From: a virus | Direction: 5' to 3' (one strand) | Virus record (IMG/VR): IMGVR_UViG_3300030117_005706 | Location: 1 to 64,000 of that record | Length of the DNA stretch: 64,000 bases | In this document: in pieces, positions 59,910-64,000 of the stretch | Numbering within the stretch: position 1 is the first letter of the stretch | Layout: each line of letters starts with the position of its first letter | Notes under the pieces: model-generated | What the model was told of the DNA's origin: nothing | Databases searched by the model: none | The model's input: the letters and a program-made list of their open reading frames with translations, nothing else | Made by a program: the position numbers and the translations under genes

Positions 59910-60623
59910 GTTTGTTCCTCCATTGGTTTGCAGTGTCCCGTTTAGAGTGGGACAAATCCTCTTTTACAATGTATACTTCGATGGTGTAGTAGTATTCTTG
60001 GCTCGTATACAACTTTACTACTATACCTTAGATTTTATTATAATATATATCTAAGAGTAAGGAGTATTGTAGGAATCGTCACGACTTATACATCAGCGAT
60101 GCATACTTCGGAAAAGTGGATTTGTCCCCTATGCGTATAGGGATAACGTGAATAAGATAAGTCGCCTCTCCCCCTATACTATACGTAGGGGGTCGACGGT
60201 GAAACGCTCAGCGTTGGCCGAGTGGTGGTGTGAGGTGTTAGGTTGTGTCGCTCTCTGCGATAGGGAGGACTGGGGATGTGGCGATTAGGATGATAATGTA
60301 AAGGGGACATGGATGGTGAACGGCATTCCTTTAACTTGCCAAGTTAGTCCCTGTGTTCGCACGAATGCTACTGGCAGGTATTGGATTTATCACCATCCAT
60401 GTTGAGTAGGAAGGCCACCCACACCGTCACATCACACTGGTATCGCTCCAGTCGTGCGTGCGGTGTGGGTAGCGGGGAGTGTGTGCACGGTATACACCCC
60501 GTGCGGTGGGTCCCGAATCAGAATCCGTCTGTCCTTCGGTGTGGGTATCTGTGTGCGTTCGTGGCTGAGCGTACAGTCTGTTCGATGCTCGCATGGTGTC
60601 GTTGCACACAAGGGGAAAGGGTA

Positions 60624-60655
60624 GCCACCCACCCGACCTGAATCGAGTGGGTGGC
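60624..60655 (-). terminator. Strong hairpin after the 60713-61300 gene
   Basis: Minus strand GCCACCCACTCGA-TTCAGG-TCGGGTGGGTGGC followed by a pyrimidine tract. Confidence 0.55.
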
Positions 60656-60712
60656 GGACAACTGTGGTACGTGTACCACAGGTTACGACGTGAGTGGGTC
60701 AGTCAGACCGAC

Positions 60713-61300
60713 TCAAGCGTTTTTCTGAGCGTCAAGGAATGCCTTGAAGTCGACGAGTTGCGCTTGGGTCATGTGGATGGGGGTCATCTCAGCGTCAGCC
60801 ATTGGCTCAGGTGCGGGTGCACCAGCCTTGAATGCGTCGAGGGCAGCAATGCTTTCGGCCTTGCGTACTGGGTCAGTCACGCCGTTGGCGCCGAACCAGT
60901 CGTTGCCGCAGTTGGCACGAAGCCATGCCTTGTCCTCGGCTGTGAGTTTGCGCTTGGTTTTGCGTGTGCTTGGGTCGTAGTCTTGGCTGTCGATGAGGTT
61001 CATCAACCATGCGAGGTTGGATGATTCGCCAATGCGACCTTGCTTGTCAGCCTTGCCTGTGTAAGTTGCTTCGATGGCGTCGGCCATGCCCTTGGTGTCA
61101 CCCTCGATGAAGGCTCCCTGTATGTGGGTCAGTGTTCGGTGCATGATGCCAAGACCTCGTGCGGTGGTCAAGATGGCTTGCAGGTCTTTGACTGCGGCCT
61201 TCGTGCCCTTGCGTAGTCGCTTCGCTAACTTGGCGACAAAGGTTTCGTTGTTCATGCGTGCTTGCTGTGCTTTGCTTGTCTGTGTACTCATTGTATTCAC
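60713..61300 (-). CDS. Ala/Lys-rich hypothetical protein, first gene of the leftward arm
   Basis: 195-aa ORF with biased codon use, downstream of the promoter at 61423. Confidence 0.75.
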   Translation of the reverse strand: MNTMSTQTSKAQQARMNNETFVAKLAKRLRKGTKAAVKDLQAILTTARGLGIMHRTLTHIQGAFIEGDTKGMADAIEATYTGKADKQGRIGESSNLAWLMNLIDSQDYDPSTRKTKRKLTAEDKAWLRANCGNDWFGANGVTDPVRKAESIAALDAFKAGAPAPEPMADAEMTPIHMTQAQLVDFKAFLDAQKNA

Positions 61301-61422
61301 TTCCGTATTGCAACCGCCCCCCTACGAATGCAGGGAAGCACCCCCACACCAACGGCGCTGATGCACCGAGGGGGAGGTGCCCCCCAAGTGAGGGGGGAAG
61401 CCGACCTATCATTATCTTGCCA

Positions 61423-61434
61423 CTTTAAATAGGG
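61423..61434 (-). promoter_or_regulatory. Viral TATA-like promoter CCCTATTTAAAG
   Basis: Fourth exact copy; flanks resemble the 47779 copy. Confidence 0.7.
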
Positions 61435-61458
61435 CCAGCCAAAAAAGGGCAACTCACA

Positions 61459-62037
61459 GAGGGCTTTACTACCACTCGATAGCGACCACCAATCACACAT
61501 GGGGAGGGCTTTACGAGGGGGGCTTTACGCCGCTTACAGAAGCATCAACAATGACACACACCCATATGTGTGGGGCTTGCCCCCGACCAACCAACCGACT
61601 ACCCCACACAGCGAGGCCACTGACACACCACAGCGGCCTGACTCACACACCACAGCGAGGCGGCTCTCATGCGTGGCTGCTGATTCGCTTTCCCATGAGA
61701 GCAGTGACCCTTTCACGGGCGACGGCTGACCACGCCCCCTGTGCTGACTGACCCCTTTGCGTGTGTGGACTGAGGCGGCTAACCGTGACACTGCGAGGCT
61801 GCTTCACACGTGGGGCGGCGGCCTCTTCTCACACAGGCGGCTACCCTAAACGTGTGACTGCGAGCCGACACACACGTGTTGGTGTGTCCCGTACGTGTAG
61901 TCGCTTTACTACACATGAAAACGCCTTACTGCGAGGGCTTTACGAGGGGCTTTACTTAGGCGGAGGGATGGCTTTACGGGGGCGCTTTACGGTGCTTAAG
62001 CCACACACGGCGCTCGACCAAAATTTTGAAAAATTTT
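61459..62037. repeat. Non-coding repeat region: eight GCTTTAC copies and CACAGCG repeats
   Basis: GCTTTAC at 61463, 61508, 61522, 61903, 61937, 61949, 61971, 61984; 17-bp exact repeat at 61504 and 61933. Confidence 0.75.
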
Positions 62038-62109
62038 AGTATACTAACGCCACCTTAGTGTACTAAAAGCCTGCGACACCGTTAAGCCGCAGGGCTACAT
62101 GGCTCGCTC

Positions 62110-62892
62110 ATGGACCCGTTTGACGCAGCGTGGTCAATTCTCAAAGGAGACTTTATTCTCGGCGGCCAAGACTATGATTTAGGTAACTTCGCTGCTGATT
62201 ACACTGGTCCCGAATACGAGGGCACTCCCTATGAAACAGCCCTTCCGCCCCTTCAACGATTTGAGCGATACGACCCAAGCAACATGCACCTCGGCACGAA
62301 ACGAATGATGGTGCCGCAATCCATGGCAAATATCTCGGAAGGTCAAATGTCTCCACGTGTGACTCGTGTAGTAGATAATGTTCCGACACAGCAGCCGTAC
62401 TTCCGTGGTTCGTCGGTGCCCAGTGTGAGAGATGGAGGCTTAGCAGCCGTCAACGTAGCAAGTGTGTTAGCCGACAAAAAGGTGAGCAACTTCGATGACT
62501 TTGCTCGTTTGGTAGGTAGCACGGCGGCGCATGAGGAAGTGCATCGGCTTATCGAACCTGAAATTCATGAATGGTCAGTGCAGCAGACAGGCGTGAAGAA
62601 TCACGACCCGGAAGACTTTGAGCACTCGCTGCCTGCCAATCGTGCATTTCTAACCCTTAATTCATTGGGTCACGAGAAAGGGGCGTTTGCTCTCACACCC
62701 GGCATGACTCAAAAAGAAAAAGACAAATTTTTGAGGCGACGTTATGCCTTTTCACCTTACCTCAACCCCATTGGTCGTGAAAGGCTCATAAATGAACTTC
62801 ACCTTGCACGAAGCCCTATGCCACCTGACTCGACTCTGACTTTGGACGAGTTGCGAGAGGCTATCGCCGCCCGAATGCGGCAGCAACAATAA
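62110..62892 (+). CDS. AWxxLK-tagged putative zinc metalloprotease
   Basis: MDPFDAAWSILK; AAHEEVH (HExxH) with downstream HEKGA. Confidence 0.65.
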   Translation: MDPFDAAWSILKGDFILGGQDYDLGNFAADYTGPEYEGTPYETALPPLQRFERYDPSNMHLGTKRMMVPQSMANISEGQMSPRVTRVVDNVPTQQPYFRGSSVPSVRDGGLAAVNVASVLADKKVSNFDDFARLVGSTAAHEEVHRLIEPEIHEWSVQQTGVKNHDPEDFEHSLPANRAFLTLNSLGHEKGAFALTPGMTQKEKDKFLRRRYAFSPYLNPIGRERLINELHLARSPMPPDSTLTLDELREAIAARMRQQQ

Positions 62893-63185
62893 TATCACAC
62901 GTCTTCCTCAGACTACCATGTCCAGTCCTGACGAAGCCGCTTGGTTAGTGTTGAAACAACTCTCTTCCTTTCCAATAATCAGTACCGGTCAGCCTTGTCA
63001 GACCTGTGCGGGTACGGGTAAGATGATGACACCTGTTGGTGCTGCACCTTGCTTCGCTTGTCAAGGTACTGGTAACGAGACACCGCTGCCTTCGTCACCT
63101 ACCCCTGACCCTATGACTGGAAGCATTTACCAGTAAGCAAATCGTCGGATAATTTCATATCACACGTCTGCCTCAGACCACCATG
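62892..63185 (+). promoter_or_regulatory. 29-bp direct repeat ending in ATG (62892-62920, 63157-63185)
   Basis: ATATCACACGTCTKCCTCAGACYACCATG, 27/29 identical. Confidence 0.75.
62918..63136 (+). CDS. AWxxLK-tagged DnaJ-type Zn-finger microprotein
   Basis: MSSPDEAAWLVLK; CQTCAGTG and CFACQGTG. Confidence 0.7.
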   Translation: MSSPDEAAWLVLKQLSSFPIISTGQPCQTCAGTGKMMTPVGAAPCFACQGTGNETPLPSSPTPDPMTGSIYQ

Positions 63186-64000
63186 GTCAGCCCTCTTGAT
63201 GTCGCATGGGACGTTGCTAAGGGTGAACCCTTTCACCCAAGTGTAGCAGGCTACATGGCGGCAGGGCACGGCGGAGAACGTGACCGAGCGATTTTGGAAG
63301 AAATGCGCCGGATGGAAGAAATTTACGGCACCATGCCACTACACGGAATGGCGGCACTGGAGTTTCACAACAAGTACATGGAACTTCAAAATTCACTAAG
63401 TGACGACCCGCACGGCCTTCAAACCATGCGTGCTGCAAGGCCGAACGCCGAGCGTGAAAACAGACCTCATAGTTTTCGGCCCTACGACAGATTTGGTGAG
63501 TACGATATTAGTCGACAAAGCACAGACGATATGCCGCCAAGGACAATGCGTTCAGGTGAGCGTGATGCGTTAAGATTACGAATGTACAATGCAGGGCGAG
63601 GAAAACCAGTAGGTCCGACAGGTGAACTTGACACGCTTGCACATCTTTCGGATGAACCTCTTAGGGCTATCAGAACCGACACACAAATTCTTTCTGACGA
63701 ACTTGACCGTGAACACGAGACACGTTTGCCTGAAATGGGAGACACAGGTCGACTTAACCCTTCGATGTTACGCTCATCCGACTCTCCCATTGACACGGCT
63801 TGGTCAATCCTCAAGGAACTGTCACGTGAAGATTTAGAGATGGCTGCTCGCACAGGCGGTATTCCAATTACGGATGCTCGTCGACAGGCATTCGCTGATT
63901 CTCCCGAAGAACTTTCTCCGACTTTGTTACAAACTATGCGACCTGAATTTTTGCCAATGAACCAACCGATTACGGACGACTTCGGCAACATCATCGTCAA
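63183..64000 (+). CDS. AWxxLK-tagged protein, open past the window end (missing from ORF track)
   Basis: MVSPLDVAWDVAK...; no stop up to 64000; internal second tag PIDTAWSILK at 63786-63815. Confidence 0.8.
   Translation, partial: MVSPLDVAWDVAKGEPFHPSVAGYMAAGHGGERDRAILEEMRRMEEIYGTMPLHGMAALEFHNKYMELQNSLSDDPHGLQTMRAARPNAERENRPHSFRPYDRFGEYDISRQSTDDMPPRTMRSGERDALRLRMYNAGRGKPVGPTGELDTLAHLSDEPLRAIRTDTQILSDELDREHETRLPEMGDTGRLNPSMLRSSDSPIDTAWSILKELSREDLEMAARTGGIPITDARRQAFADSPEELSPTLLQTMRPEFLPMNQPITDDFGNIIV

Larger units (their letters stand above)
43637..59921 (-). repeat. Dispersed gene-junction repeat GAGGAATGAAYATG (11 exact copies, about 8 variants)
   Basis: + strand CATRTTCATTCCTC at 43637, 43879, 44046, 45119, 47677, 51414, 51611, 52327, 54978, 55810, 56247; variants at 44751, 44904, 49017, 55243, 56387, 58782, 59458, 59907. 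Confidence 0.85.
1..64000. mobile_element. Part of a tailed archaeal virus genome (magrovirus-like, probable MGII/Poseidoniales host)
   Basis: Archaeal-type replisome genes plus thermosome next to a tail module and a dense array of small early genes; no rRNA, ribosomal protein or metabolic host genes; no integrase seen. Confidence 0.9.

Noticed and set aside
43637-59921. CRISPR array or integron attC reading of the recurring repeats
   Set aside because: Repeats are short, non-palindromic and separated by whole genes of variable length; no cas operon or integrase
60210-60290. tRNA-like TGGCCGAGTGGT segment
   Set aside because: No T-arm (GTTCRA) or acceptor stem follows
61499-62039. Short ORFs in the repeat region
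   Set aside because: Low-complexity translations of repeats with no start signals; more likely non-coding
63482-64000. Minus-strand 172-aa ORF
   Set aside because: Antisense shadow of the tagged + strand gene starting at 63183

Overview
A 64-kb segment of a tailed archaeal dsDNA virus genome. Gene content (thermosome, PolB, PCNA, RFC, fused PriS-PriL primase, RPA, RadA-like ATPase, XPF nuclease, MCM-like ATPase) matches the magroviruses of Marine Group II Euryarchaeota (Poseidoniales). Layout: (1) 1-23.6 kb, + strand tail module with a probable miniature tape-measure gene, two paralogous distal-tail-like proteins, a giant 5307-aa LamG-containing protein, and hub and fibre genes. (2) 23.6-39.9 kb, - strand chaperonin and replication module. 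(3) 39.9-61.3 kb, - strand array of about 55 mostly small early genes, many joined by a conserved GAGGA(G)GAATGAAYATG stop/SD/start junction, with four copies of a CCCTATTTAAAG promoter-like motif between 38.4 and 61.4 kb. (4) 59.9-62.1 kb, largely non-coding divergent region with palindromes and GCTTTAC repeats (candidate origin and terminus/pac). (5) 62.1-64 kb, + strand genes. The most notable signal is a short peptide tag, P-[FLMID]-[DE]-x-A-W-x-[IV]-[LA]-K, shared by otherwise unrelated + strand proteins: an ADP-ribosyltransferase-like protein, a HExxH metalloprotease, a DnaJ-type Zn finger, and a protein carrying two tag copies. This suggests a virion-loading/processing system for interchangeable effector cargo. 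All assignments come from motif reading by eye; no searches were run.
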